DNA from: Promethearchaeota archaeon
GTDB lineage: Archaea; Asgardarchaeota; Lokiarchaeia; Sigyniarchaeales; SOKP01
Direction of reading: 5' to 3'
Assembly: GCA_016839745.1 (NCBI GenBank)
Contig: JAEOTS010000122.1
Location: forward strand, 7,572-71,571
Length of the DNA: 64,000 bases
Shown here: positions 40,637 to 51,179 of the stretch, piece by piece
Position numbering within the stretch: position 1 is the stretch's first letter
Layout of the letters: every line of letters begins with the position of its first letter
Notes under the pieces: generated by a model
What the model was told of the DNA's origin: nothing
Database searches by the model: none
Seen by the model: the letters and a program-made list of their open reading frames with translations, nothing else
Program-made: the position numbers and the translations under genes

Positions 40637-40737
40637 ATTATTTAATTGACTTACTTAATTTTAATTGTTTTTTATAAGAGTAAAGAGAAAAAGATTAAAG
40701 TTAAGTCGATTTTTTTTTTGTAAAATAACTACAATGA

Positions 40738-41496
40738 ATGAAAATGTTTTTTCCTGATACAGAGAATTCAGTAAAATTAGGACGAGAAGTTACTGAAGAT
40801 ATTTATCATTTTGAAGAGAACCCGATGTTGGATTGTAATCAGTTTATAATTAACGACAAAAGTACTGGTGAGTTGGCGCTATTTGATTCTGGAAATGGAC
40901 TTTCTTTAAAGAGTTTGTTCGAAGGTATGAATAATCTGGGTTTAGATTATAGAAAAATAACTAAAGTATTTCTAACTCACGAACATGTAGATCATGTTCT
41001 GGGCTTGTACCCGCTGATAAAAACTCTAAAAAGTAATCCCCCTGAATTATATGCTTATGGTGAAACAGCGAAAATATTAAGAGAAGGCATTGAATCAAAG
41101 ATTTTTCCCGGTAATCTCGGGATCAGTCCAAAAATGTTTGGTTTAGAAATAATTCCTTTAGATGTCAAGATTCTGAATATTCATGAGACAATTAACATCG
41201 GTTCAGAATTCACTTTTAATATTTATTACACTCCAGGTCACTCTCAAGGTTCAATTTGTTATTATGAATCTAATAAAAAAATCTTAATTCCTGGAGATTT
41301 AGTATTTACGGGAGGGAGTTTTGGAAGATACGATTTTCCAGGGGGATCTCTGGACGCTTTAATTGAATCGATAAAATTTGTTAATAATTTGGATGTCAAA
41401 TATTTACTTCCGGGTCATATGGGGATAAGCGATAACGGAAACCCGCAAATTGACTATTCCTATAAAATGGTTCAGTCAATAAAGAGCTTTTTTTAA
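40738..41496 (+). CDS. MBL-fold metallo-hydrolase (glyoxalase II-like)
   Basis: THEHVDH, TPGHS, GD, GRYDFPGG, LPGH. Confidence 0.92.
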   Translation: MKMFFPDTENSVKLGREVTEDIYHFEENPMLDCNQFIINDKSTGELALFDSGNGLSLKSLFEGMNNLGLDYRKITKVFLTHEHVDHVLGLYPLIKTLKSNPPELYAYGETAKILREGIESKIFPGNLGISPKMFGLEIIPLDVKILNIHETINIGSEFTFNIYYTPGHSQGSICYYESNKKILIPGDLVFTGGSFGRYDFPGGSLDALIESIKFVNNLDVKYLLPGHMGISDNGNPQIDYSYKMVQSIKSFF

Positions 41497-41659
41497 TTTT
41501 TATTAATCAAACACATTTAATTCTATCAGTAGGGATTTTACAAAATCTAATTTCTTTACCCATTTGATATTTAATTGATAAGAACATTTTTTAACCTAAG
41601 ATTCTATATTGAAGTTAATCACTTCATTTAAAATATAAAAAAAGAACAAATTAAAATTT

Positions 41660-42319
41660 GTGATTAAAATGTCTGATAAATCAATAGACGAAGTTTATTT
41701 AAGGTCTTACCCAAAAGTTATATTTTTCTGGCCTATGGCGCTCTTTTCGTTTGTATTATGGCTGTTGCAATTGCTTTACCCTGAACCTCTTGCAATATTC
41801 GGTAACATCTGGCTTATTGTATTTTTCATTAACATGTTTATCGTTGCTTTCGATTTTAGTAGTACGAAATTTTTCGTTTTAATTCTCGTTGTCGTTGTTG
41901 TAGTTTTACTTCTTGTTTTTCTCGTACCAGGAATGTTTGCTGCTCTTCCAGGAGGAACCTTTAATCCGGGTTTAACAGCAGAATTTTACGTAGTAGTTAC
42001 TATTATAATGGCGTTTATTTTAGGACTCGTTGTTTTGGGATCGAGATTTGATTACTGGAAAATTGAAAGAAACGAAATTTATCATAAAAGCGGAATCTTC
42101 TCAAGCGCAGAAAGAATTCCTACAAAAAGTTTAAGAATCAGGAAATCCATCCCAGATGTGTTTGAATTCTTTATCTTGCGTGCAGGATCAATCACACTTA
42201 TGCCAGGCCAAGGCGACGTAATCCCACTTCCTACAGTGCTAAACATAAACAAGAAACAGAAGCAGATTGACTATTTATTGAGCTATGTATCAGTAGAACC
42301 GGACGAACTGGACGGGTAA
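41660..42319 (+). CDS. integral membrane protein with small C-terminal soluble domain
   Basis: About 4 TM segments followed by a beta-rich domain (DYWKIERNEIYHKSG...IPDVFEF..GSITL). True start probably ATG at 41669. Confidence 0.8.
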   Translation: MIKMSDKSIDEVYLRSYPKVIFFWPMALFSFVLWLLQLLYPEPLAIFGNIWLIVFFINMFIVAFDFSSTKFFVLILVVVVVVLLLVFLVPGMFAALPGGTFNPGLTAEFYVVVTIIMAFILGLVVLGSRFDYWKIERNEIYHKSGIFSSAERIPTKSLRIRKSIPDVFEFFILRAGSITLMPGQGDVIPLPTVLNINKKQKQIDYLLSYVSVEPDELDG

Positions 42320-42556
42320 TTTAGAGCCAATTGAAATTCAAAGCCTAAGATTAATATGTTTTTTTTCCTTTTTTAAAATCTATATTTTTTTACAAGTTTT
42401 TGTTTTTTGTAAACAACAATAGTTATAAAATGAATATAGTCCAAGCCTCTTTAATACATTAAATCCATCTTTTGTTAAATGATACGCCTCGGCTTTTATA
42501 GTTGAGAAAGATAGCGGATCCATACCTAAATGTTTCCCAAAACCTTCTATGATGTG

Positions 42557-42631
42557 ATAAACAAAAAAAAGAAACAGATTGACAATTTATTGAGCTATGT
42601 ATCAGCAAAGCCAGATTAATTAGATTACTAA
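42557..42631 (+). repeat. degenerate direct duplicate of the last 75 nt (42245-42319) of the upstream membrane protein gene
   Basis: Gapless alignment, 59/75 identical by hand count; the copy carries a premature TAA. Confidence 0.85.
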
Positions 42632-42717
42632 ATTTTATAAGAAGAAAGTAAAAATAATTATTTTTTTTTTTGATTTTCATTAGATTTAAGAAGTAAACTA
42701 TATTTTAAGTAATACTG

Positions 42718-43443
42718 ATGACACATCCTCTAATTTTATTATTCGACTTTGATGGTGTAGTAATTACTCAACGAGCGCTTGAGTTTACTGCTTTATTGTA
42801 CTTGAAAAAAGGATTCTATAATTGGAAAAACACCAAACAATTGAGATTAATTGATATTGCAAGACTTTTTGAGGAAGCAGATTCGAGTAACAGATTGAAA
42901 GCATTTTTTAATGTTTATCGTGTATATAAAAATTACATCCCTAATCGATGGAAGCGGATTTTATTTTTTATCAAATTTAGAAGAACTTTTCCTAAATACG
43001 AAAAATATGAGACTCTGAAACCTAACTTGGAGGGCATTCTAAAAGAATTAAAAAAACGGGGAGTCATTTTTGGAATTGTTTCAAATACAAGTGGAGAAAG
43101 ATTAGAGCTATTTAGAAATAGATTAAATTTAGATGATTTTTTTTCTGTTTTTATTTCCCGTGACGATACAGCAATAAGAAAACCTCATGGATATCCTGTT
43201 ATAGTTGCGTTAAGGCAAATTAAACAGATTTTAAAAGTTCCTATAGATAAGGACAAGGTGTATCTAATAGGAGACCTTCCTACAGATATTGAGTGTGCAA
43301 TCAACGCAGGAGTGAAAAGTATTGCATTACTTTCAGGTCATGGTACTAAAATTGATTTGGAAATGGCTAATCCAAGCATTGTTCTTCAAGAAATTAAGGA
43401 TATTTTAGAAGTTGACCCTTTCAAAAAATTATTATTGGACTAA
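42718..43443 (+). CDS. HAD family hydrolase (phosphoglycolate phosphatase-like)
   Basis: LFDFDGV, IVSN, RKPH, IGDLPTDIECAINAG. Confidence 0.9.
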   Translation: MTHPLILLFDFDGVVITQRALEFTALLYLKKGFYNWKNTKQLRLIDIARLFEEADSSNRLKAFFNVYRVYKNYIPNRWKRILFFIKFRRTFPKYEKYETLKPNLEGILKELKKRGVIFGIVSNTSGERLELFRNRLNLDDFFSVFISRDDTAIRKPHGYPVIVALRQIKQILKVPIDKDKVYLIGDLPTDIECAINAGVKSIALLSGHGTKIDLEMANPSIVLQEIKDILEVDPFKKLLLD

Positions 43444-43462
43444 ACATTAAATTTCGTTAACA

Positions 43463-46198
43463 ATGTTTAATTTGGAAGAGTTTGAACAAGATCAAGTAAT
43501 TTACCCCCTAGTTGAGAAACTCGATAAGTTACTTGATAAAAGTAAGACTGAAAAAGTAGAAAAAGTAATTAAACAACTAGAGGAACTATTAGTAGAACAA
43601 AAACATGCGATTCTTATTTCCTATATTTTGAGTATCTTAGCAGAAAGTGATTTTAACCTAATAAACGAGAGCGTCATTAAGAATTTGGAAAGTTACATAA
43701 ATACAAATGATCCAAAATTAAAGGTTAATACTCTTATAGTAATTGGATTTGCTATGCTCTCAAAACAAAAGTATCTAGATGAATATTGTCCGAAATTCAT
43801 TGAAAATTTAGGTGACTTAAACAAAGATGTACGAGATAATATCTATTATTTTTTACAGGAGATTGGAGAGAAAAATCCCAAATTACTATGCGTATATAAA
43901 AAAGAATTCATAAATGCTTTATTGACTGAAGACGCTGAAGAAAATCTAATTTCTATAATGAGTTTTCTAGAAAAGTGCAGTGAATTTGATTTTGAACAGT
44001 TATACAGTTTAAGGGAAGTCTTGAAATCACTCATAAATCAACATTTTACTAAAGATTCCTCCAAAATTTATTCAAAAACATTAACCTTAGTTAAAATTAT
44101 TTTCCCATCTGTGAAAGATTTAGGTATTGAAGAATTTGGATTAAAAGAGTTATTAGAAACGATTCAGAATATTTTTTTGATGAAAAAATACAATTTTACT
44201 GAAATTTCTAAGGAGACGGGAGTAGGTTTAAAAGATTTTGTTAAAAGTATGAGTATAAAAAACCAAAAAGATTGTAAGATATATTTCTACACTAGCAATA
44301 AAGGACAAGAAAATGTCTATTTTTATGAAATCGAGAAAGAAAAACTGATAAATATATTCGGGAAGGAAGAAAAATTACAGAAGAAAAACATCCTTAAAAT
44401 TTTTTCCCCTATTATTCGTACTGAACAGGAATTGAGATTATTTTTAAATACCTTAATTAAGTTGGGGCACATTAAGGGGCATTATTCAAAATTGGGTTAT
44501 TTTTACTCTTACAACTACATAAAATCAGATCTAAAAGACTCATTTCATAATAATGGGATGGTAAATCTTAAAAAATTTGATTATCTGCCTCCTGATTTTA
44601 TTAATGAAATTATAAGAGATATATCGAATCTAACTAAACAGGTTTTTCTGACAGGAAAAGATAATGCTGCGTACTACTCCTTGAAAAGCATTCAGCAACA
44701 AATTAACACTGAAGCAGCAAAAAATACTGCAATTGATTTAAAATCATATAGAGAACGCTTAACGGAGAAAGATTTTATTAAATTGATTAAAAATTTACCA
44801 AAAGGTTATTTAACTTATTTTAGAACAGGAACTCAATGGTTGACTAATGTAGGATTATTAAATGTCAAAAAAGAAATTGAAAATTCTCGATTAATTGGTT
44901 ATTATTCAATTCCAATGCTCTCAGATAAGTTAAATGTAAAGAGAGAATTGTTAGTTCAGATTTTTGAAAGTTTTATTGATATTAGGAGCGGAATATTTGA
45001 CAAGAACAAAGAAATTTTCTATTATTCAAAATTTCTAAATCAAAAAATCGAAGAAATATACTCAATAAAGAACCAAAATGAAAGAAATGTACAGATAAAT
45101 CTGATAGCTAAAAATTTAAACATCGATAGAAGCCATATACTTACAAAATTAGACGAAAATTTAAAACTAATAGGAGAAGAAATAAAAGGAATGGATTTGA
45201 TTCAAATCGAAGATTACATTGAAAAAACAGGCATGTCATATAATTTGTTTATTGAATTTATCAATAATTTAGGATTAAATTATTTCAAAAAAGGAGAATT
45301 CCTCATCTTTAACGAGAATAAAATCGAGGAATCCAAAAAAGAGATAAAATTGGAATTAATCGACAAATCTAGATCTGAGAATGTGATTTATTTGGGAGAT
45401 ATAGATGTTACTTCTAGTATTGTTGAGAATTTGCTTAAAGAGCTCCAAAGCGATGAAAAAATTAAGGGCATTTTTCATATTCATGAAGGGGAGCTAGTCT
45501 TTTACACAGAAAAAGGAATAGAAAATTTGATGCTAGATAATAGTTTTATGTTTTCTTTCAATGATTTTTTTTACGGGAAGATTCTAGATGATAAGGATAA
45601 AGAGATTTTAACATCTATTTTTAATAATTTATTGAGTAAAAATCTGTTGAAAGGTACTTTTGACGAAGAAACATTAACATTTGCTAGTTCAGAAGTAGTT
45701 TTTGCACAGGATTATAATATAATATTATTTGACTTTTCGAAAATGATAATGGAATACATAAAAATATTCAATACTGAGTTCGAAAAAATTAAAAAAATCT
45801 TAACAAAACAGAACGAGACAATATATCCTCAAGAGGTTCGGATGATTCAAGGAATAATTGATGTAATTAACGAAAAATATATCCATTGGAGAAACGGAGT
45901 AGAAGCGTTCGTGAGAAAAGCTAATACTTCACTTTTAAAAAAACAAGGGTATACTGTTAAAAAATATAAATCTATTTCACTTTCTACAGGAAAAAAAGAA
46001 GATGTAAAATTATTTGAAGAGGATCCGGAAGTTATAGATCTAATATCAAAATTTAACAATTGGGTTAAATTATTTAATGAATTAGAGCTTAAATATGGAA
46101 ATGTTATATTTTATCAAAAAAGGTTAATAAATGATGCAGGAAATATTGGAAATCAAAAAACCTTAAATGATCTGTTAGAAAGATTAAATCTAACATAA
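43463..46198 (+). CDS. large protein: N-terminal HEAT/ARM-like repeats, tandem winged-helix (PCI/UFL1-like) units, C-terminal helical bundle
   Basis: HEAT-like D.....VR.N/D.KLK.N units; recurring L...G.I.G.F/Y wH ends (LIKLGHIKGHY, LQSDEKIKGIF, LLSKNLLKGTFD). Confidence 0.6.
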   Translation: MFNLEEFEQDQVIYPLVEKLDKLLDKSKTEKVEKVIKQLEELLVEQKHAILISYILSILAESDFNLINESVIKNLESYINTNDPKLKVNTLIVIGFAMLSKQKYLDEYCPKFIENLGDLNKDVRDNIYYFLQEIGEKNPKLLCVYKKEFINALLTEDAEENLISIMSFLEKCSEFDFEQLYSLREVLKSLINQHFTKDSSKIYSKTLTLVKIIFPSVKDLGIEEFGLKELLETIQNIFLMKKYNFTEISKETGVGLKDFVKSMSIKNQKDCKIYFYTSNKGQENVYFYEIEKEKLINIFGKEEKLQKKNILKIFSPIIRTEQELRLFLNTLIKLGHIKGHYSKLGYFYSYNYIKSDLKDSFHNNGMVNLKKFDYLPPDFINEIIRDISNLTKQVFLTGKDNAAYYSLKSIQQQINTEAAKNTAIDLKSYRERLTEKDFIKLIKNLPKGYLTYFRTGTQWLTNVGLLNVKKEIENSRLIGYYSIPMLSDKLNVKRELLVQIFESFIDIRSGIFDKNKEIFYYSKFLNQKIEEIYSIKNQNERNVQINLIAKNLNIDRSHILTKLDENLKLIGEEIKGMDLIQIEDYIEKTGMSYNLFIEFINNLGLNYFKKGEFLIFNENKIEESKKEIKLELIDKSRSENVIYLGDIDVTSSIVENLLKELQSDEKIKGIFHIHEGELVFYTEKGIENLMLDNSFMFSFNDFFYGKILDDKDKEILTSIFNNLLSKNLLKGTFDEETLTFASSEVVFAQDYNIILFDFSKMIMEYIKIFNTEFEKIKKILTKQNETIYPQEVRMIQGIIDVINEKYIHWRNGVEAFVRKANTSLLKKQGYTVKKYKSISLSTGKKEDVKLFEEDPEVIDLISKFNNWVKLFNELELKYGNVIFYQKRLINDAGNIGNQKTLNDLLERLNLT

Positions 46199-46215
46199 AA
46201 GTTTACAATATTTCG

Positions 46216-46518
46216 TTAAGACTTCCTTTTATTTTCAATTTGAGATATTATTCCCTCAATATCGATTTTTTGGACCGATTTAATTTTATACGATTTAGGA
46301 GAATAGGTGCCGTTCATCTCCAGAATACCTTCCTTTGCGAGATAATTAAGAGATCTCCAAATAAAATTTATTTTGGAGCGATTTGAGGCTTTGATATTAT
46401 TACATCTTCTTATACTTTTAGTAGTGACTAAGTTGATGTTATTATCTATTAATTTATTAATCGCCTCTATAGTTTCCCTTAAATTTCTTGAAAAGAAGTC
46501 CATAAAATCCTCGCTCAT
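46216..46518 (-). CDS. small hypothetical, possible winged-helix DNA-binding protein
   Basis: 100-aa basic ORF; FIWRSLNYLAKEGILEMNG..SPKSYKI resembles a recognition helix plus wing. Confidence 0.6.
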   Translation of the reverse strand: MSEDFMDFFSRNLRETIEAINKLIDNNINLVTTKSIRRCNNIKASNRSKINFIWRSLNYLAKEGILEMNGTYSPKSYKIKSVQKIDIEGIISQIENKRKS

Positions 46519-46666
46519 TAAAAAAAGTATTTTACTAATTAGTGTATTAATTTATTCATACGGATTTAAAAACTTTTTTTCTGTTGAATTATAAACGCTC
46601 ATAAGAATTAAAATTAAATGATCCTATTCTCTATCGATACCCAAATCAAAATTTAAATTAGATTTC

Positions 46667-48265
46667 TTAATGTCGAAAAACTCTTTTACCGCAAAAGACT
46701 AATGCGCAATTTAATTCATCTGCACGCTTAATAATTGCATCATCGCGAATGGAACCTCCAGGATTGATTATAGCCTTAGCACCTACATCCACAGCAGCTT
46801 CTAAACCATCAGGAAATGGAAAGAAAGAGTCAGTACCCATAACAGAATCCTTTAATTCAGTTTCGTGACCAAATTCTTGTGCTTTTTGTGCTGCTAATTT
46901 AACTACATGGACTCGACTTTGTTGTCCAGCCCCAATGCCAATGGTATAAACTCCATTTTCATAAATTTGAGCAAAACAAGCTGAATTAGATTTCGTCCAT
47001 TTTGAAACTTTATAAGCAAATATTAGAGCCTCTTTTTCTTCATTGGTTACTTGCTTTTTGCTTACAACATTCCAATCTTTAATTATATGTTTATGGTCAT
47101 ATTCTTGAACTAAAATTCCTCCCAATACACCTCTAATTTCATGATTTCTATAAATTATTTCTCGTTTGTCCAATAAATCGCCAAATTCTATTATCCTCAT
47201 ATTTTCTTTTTGTTTTAGTATCTCAAGCGCTTCATTTTCGAAAGATGGTGCCAATAGGACTTCAACAAAAATTTTTTCTTTATTTACAATGAAATTTGCT
47301 GCATTTGCGGTCAATTCCTTGTTTACACCCCAAATTCCCCCGAATGCAGATAAGGGATCTGTTTTGAACGCCATTTTAATAGATTCTAATTGGTCGGTTT
47401 TATCGATAGCAATCCCATTAGGACTTGTATGCTTTAAAATAGCCGTTACATAATGGTTTCTATCAAAATCTAGAAGCATTTGAATACACGCATCAATGTC
47501 TAAGTAATTGTTGAAAGAAATCTCTTTTCCTCCGAGTTGTTTTAGATTATGAAGCCCATATTCACAGGATAGATCTCTATAATAAGCAGCAGCTTGATCC
47601 CAGTTTTCTCCATAACGACAATCTTGAACTTTTTCATACGTATTAATTATATTAGTTTTCATGATTTGATCTGGGTGATAATAGCTTTGTAAATAATTTG
47701 AAATTGCTGCGTTATAATCAGCCATTATTGTAAAGACTTCTTGAGCTAATGTTGCTCTCGTTTCATCGCTAATTCCCCCTAATTGTTCCAATTCTTCGAT
47801 TATTTTATCATAATGCCTAGCATTAGGCACGACAACAACATTTGGAAAATTTTTTGCTGCTGCTCTTATCATTGTAGGACCGCCTATATCGATCATTTCC
47901 AATGCATCAAGTAAAGTAATATTAGGTTTTGAAATTGCTTCCTTAAATTGATACAAATTACATATCACCATATCTATAGGTGGAATATTGTATTTTAGAG
48001 CATCTTCAGAATCTTTTTTTAGTTCTCGTCGAAAAAGTATTCCTCCTTCGATTTTCGGATGTAAAGTCTTAACTCTACCATCAAACATTTCAGGAGAACC
48101 GGTATAATTAGAGATTTGTTCAAAATTAATATTGTTTTCCTTTAATAGCCGCCCGGTTCCTCCTGTAGATAGAATTTTAATTCCAAATTTACTTAACGAT
48201 CTTACAAATTCAGCAATGTTATTTTTATCAAAGACACTGACGATAGCTCTTTCAATTTTTTTCAT
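46667..48265 (-). CDS. purH: bifunctional AICAR formyltransferase/IMP cyclohydrolase
   Basis: SVFDK, STGGT, GRVKTLHP, IDIGGPTMIRAAAKN, RYGEN, SAFGG, GAGQQSRV, PGGSIRD, RVFRH. Confidence 0.97.
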   Translation of the reverse strand: MKKIERAIVSVFDKNNIAEFVRSLSKFGIKILSTGGTGRLLKENNINFEQISNYTGSPEMFDGRVKTLHPKIEGGILFRRELKKDSEDALKYNIPPIDMVICNLYQFKEAISKPNITLLDALEMIDIGGPTMIRAAAKNFPNVVVVPNARHYDKIIEELEQLGGISDETRATLAQEVFTIMADYNAAISNYLQSYYHPDQIMKTNIINTYEKVQDCRYGENWDQAAAYYRDLSCEYGLHNLKQLGGKEISFNNYLDIDACIQMLLDFDRNHYVTAILKHTSPNGIAIDKTDQLESIKMAFKTDPLSAFGGIWGVNKELTANAANFIVNKEKIFVEVLLAPSFENEALEILKQKENMRIIEFGDLLDKREIIYRNHEIRGVLGGILVQEYDHKHIIKDWNVVSKKQVTNEEKEALIFAYKVSKWTKSNSACFAQIYENGVYTIGIGAGQQSRVHVVKLAAQKAQEFGHETELKDSVMGTDSFFPFPDGLEAAVDVGAKAIINPGGSIRDDAIIKRADELNCALVFCGKRVFRH

Positions 48266-48417
48266 GGTAATTCATTCTTTTATATTATGATATAAAAATC
48301 AAAATTGGTATTACTAAGTAAGAAATAATGCTGTTTTAAGTTAATTAATAGGGATTTAATAAAATTACAATCAATTGAATTTATATTATTGGATGGATTA
48401 AAAGGAAGAAATAATCA

Positions 48418-49896
48418 TTAATACCTGCTAAGTAGGTCGTGAGGTCTACTTTCACGCTGCCCTACATAAGAAACTACGCCAACTTTTGCCTTCTTCATCT
48501 CATCTATAGTTTTTGCTCCTGCGTATATCATACCATTTAAAAGTCCTTCTTTTAAGGACAATAATACGCCTTCCATGTCTCCAACAAAAGGAACATAATC
48601 ACTTACACCTTCTGGAAGACTTTTTGAGCCTTCTGTATATCGATCTGCTACATATCCAGATGTCCTTGCTTCTTTGGAACCCATTCCTCTGTAAATTTTC
48701 ACTTTTCTACCTTGTATTGTATCGACATATCCTGGACTTTCTGTTGATCCCGCAAAAAAGTGTCCAGACATTATTAAATCAGCACCTGCAGTAAACGCTT
48801 TGGGTAAATCTCCCGGATTTTTAAAACCACCATCTGCAATTAAACTAATTTTTGAATTATAATCTATTATAGCATCAGCCACTTGAGCAGTTGCAAAAAG
48901 AGTTGGAGCCCCTACACCAGTTTGAATGGATGTAGTGCAAATTGATCCCGATCCCATCCCAACTTTTAATCCAATGAATTTATCCTCATTAAAATTACCT
49001 TTTGTAATTAAATGTTCAGCGGCTTCATAAGTTCCAATGTTTCCTAACACAAAATCGGAATCTAGAAAATCCATGAGTTTTTTAGTGCCTTTAATATCTG
49101 ATGTTTTATAGAAATCTGCTACATCAATAAAGAAGATATCTACATAATTCTCGATTTCTTTTAATAATTTTTGAGCATGTGTCGATTCTGGAAATTTAGG
49201 AGATAAAGCTAGAGCGCAAATCAAATGACCTTCGCTATCCATGGATGCTAAAGGAAATTCTGGAGCTAAATCCTTTTTAGTAATTAATCCCTTTAAGTTT
49301 CCTCCTTTATCTATAATAGGAAGTTTCTCTTTACGAGATTCAAAAAGAACTTCTAACGCCTTTTCTCTAGAAGCCCCCGGTTCGATGGATATCACATCCT
49401 TTGTCATAAAATTCTTTACTTTACCGTTGTTAATATCATTTTTTGAGAAAGGTATATCTCTTTTAGTGAAAATACCACATACTTTGTTTTCTTCGTTAAC
49501 AACAACAATTCCACTAATATTATAGTTGTCCATCATATATTTTGCTTTAGAAACGGATTCATCAGGCTGTATCGTGGCTACATCATCAATAACAAATGAT
49601 CTTGCTCTTTTTACAATCCTCACCATTTCTAATTGTCGTTCATAGGAACAATTTCGATGTAAAACGCCTAATCCGCCTAATAATGCCATTTTAATAGCCA
49701 TCAATTCTTCGGTTACTGTATCCATCGCTGCAGACATTATAGGTAAATTGAATTTATATGATCCTAGATTAGAAGACATATCAACTTCAGAAGGTTCAAA
49801 GTTAGTAAATCCTGGTTGAATTAGGACATCATCGAATGTAGCAATTATTTCGTTATATTTAACTTTGCTTCGATAATAATCTGTCATTTTCTGCAC
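48418..49896 (-). CDS. guaB: IMP dehydrogenase with CBS pair
   Basis: TFDDVLIQP, SAAMDTVTE, KVGMGSGSICTT (catalytic Cys), IADGG, YRGMGS, PEGV. Confidence 0.95.
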   Translation of the reverse strand: MQKMTDYYRSKVKYNEIIATFDDVLIQPGFTNFEPSEVDMSSNLGSYKFNLPIMSAAMDTVTEELMAIKMALLGGLGVLHRNCSYERQLEMVRIVKRARSFVIDDVATIQPDESVSKAKYMMDNYNISGIVVVNEENKVCGIFTKRDIPFSKNDINNGKVKNFMTKDVISIEPGASREKALEVLFESRKEKLPIIDKGGNLKGLITKKDLAPEFPLASMDSEGHLICALALSPKFPESTHAQKLLKEIENYVDIFFIDVADFYKTSDIKGTKKLMDFLDSDFVLGNIGTYEAAEHLITKGNFNEDKFIGLKVGMGSGSICTTSIQTGVGAPTLFATAQVADAIIDYNSKISLIADGGFKNPGDLPKAFTAGADLIMSGHFFAGSTESPGYVDTIQGRKVKIYRGMGSKEARTSGYVADRYTEGSKSLPEGVSDYVPFVGDMEGVLLSLKEGLLNGMIYAGAKTIDEMKKAKVGVVSYVGQRESRPHDLLSRY

Positions 49897-50075
49897 GGTT
49901 AAAATTATATTTTAATAGTATTATGAAAAATATTATTCTTAACATTGAAATTTAAGTATTAGTAATAAAGACAATTTTGATTTTAAAATTTTAGGTATTT
50001 AGTCTATGGAAAATATATATTTTTTCATAGTATTTTATTATACTATTGAAGAGATAAAAAAGAGAAGGAGCTGGA

Positions 50076-50984
50076 TTACATTTGGGTCAAATTTTTCCGT
50101 GGTAAATTTTTTATTTTTGGGTCATTGATGTAGGAATCGAGCGTCTTAATGAAAGCATCTCTATCAATTTTAATGTTTGAAGATTCTAATGAACAATAGT
50201 TACTGACATGATCGTTGAACACTTGGGAGGAAACATTTTCCCCTAAATTAGCAATAATATTTCGTTCTTCAATCAGATTTTCTACGGGAGATAATAATTC
50301 AAAATCTCCATTCTTCCAGTCCTTCCAAAGCGGAGTGTTAGGCATTAGATTTAAAGTTCTAAATCGGAAAATTGTAGGGTTTATTTCAGTGAGTACTCCA
50401 GCTGTTTCTTTAATGTGTTCCTCTGAAAATTTTTTCCCTCCTAAGCCTAAAATAACATATAAACTTAGTTTTATGCCCGAATTTAACACCCTTTTTCCAG
50501 CTTTAATCATTGATTCTGCATTGGTACCCTTCTTCATAAGTCGTAGAATTTTACTACTTCCACTCTCTAATCCCATATATACTATATCTAATCCCGCTTC
50601 TGATAATTTTTTTAATTCTTCATCAGTCTTCCTTAGAATGTCTAAAGCTTTCGCATAACAACTTACTCTTGGTACATTTTTCATTCTTAATCTGACATAT
50701 TCAATTATCTTTACGAGGTAATCTGTAGGTGCTGAAGTGGGATTACCTCCGGCCAGAAAAACAGGATATCCATGATAATTTTTATCAGCATAGAGATCAA
50801 TATCCTTCAGCACATCTTCTAGTGGGCGTACTGCATAATCTTGAGTTGTTCCATAGATCCCTTTATATGTTCCACAAAAGCGGCATTTATTCCAATTACA
50901 GCCCCCTGTAACAGCTATGAGTACACTGTATGCTTCAACAGGAGGTCTGATAATAATTTGACTTGGGGGTACTTTAAAAACCAT
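50076..50984 (-). CDS. radical SAM protein
   Basis: IRPPVEAYS, GCNWNKCRFC, YMGLESGS, DHVSNY. Confidence 0.9.
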   Translation of the reverse strand: MVFKVPPSQIIIRPPVEAYSVLIAVTGGCNWNKCRFCGTYKGIYGTTQDYAVRPLEDVLKDIDLYADKNYHGYPVFLAGGNPTSAPTDYLVKIIEYVRLRMKNVPRVSCYAKALDILRKTDEELKKLSEAGLDIVYMGLESGSSKILRLMKKGTNAESMIKAGKRVLNSGIKLSLYVILGLGGKKFSEEHIKETAGVLTEINPTIFRFRTLNLMPNTPLWKDWKNGDFELLSPVENLIEERNIIANLGENVSSQVFNDHVSNYCSLESSNIKIDRDAFIKTLDSYINDPKIKNLPRKNLTQM

Positions 50985-51179
50985 ATCTCATCAAGGATAT
51001 ATATTCTCGATTATTAATTTGCTATGAACAAAACTACTAAGTTATTTTAAGCATTTTTAGAATAAAGATTTTAGTATTATATTTTAACACTAAATTGATT
51101 AAATTTTTCTTGTAGCATTAATTTAAGAAGTTATTAGCTTAAATCAAAATCTAACTTATTAGAATAATCGGTATTTTAA

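Noticed and set aside
42459-42680. 73-aa minus-strand ORF
   Set aside because: Low-complexity AT-rich translation overlapping the degenerate duplicate; no recognisable motifs.
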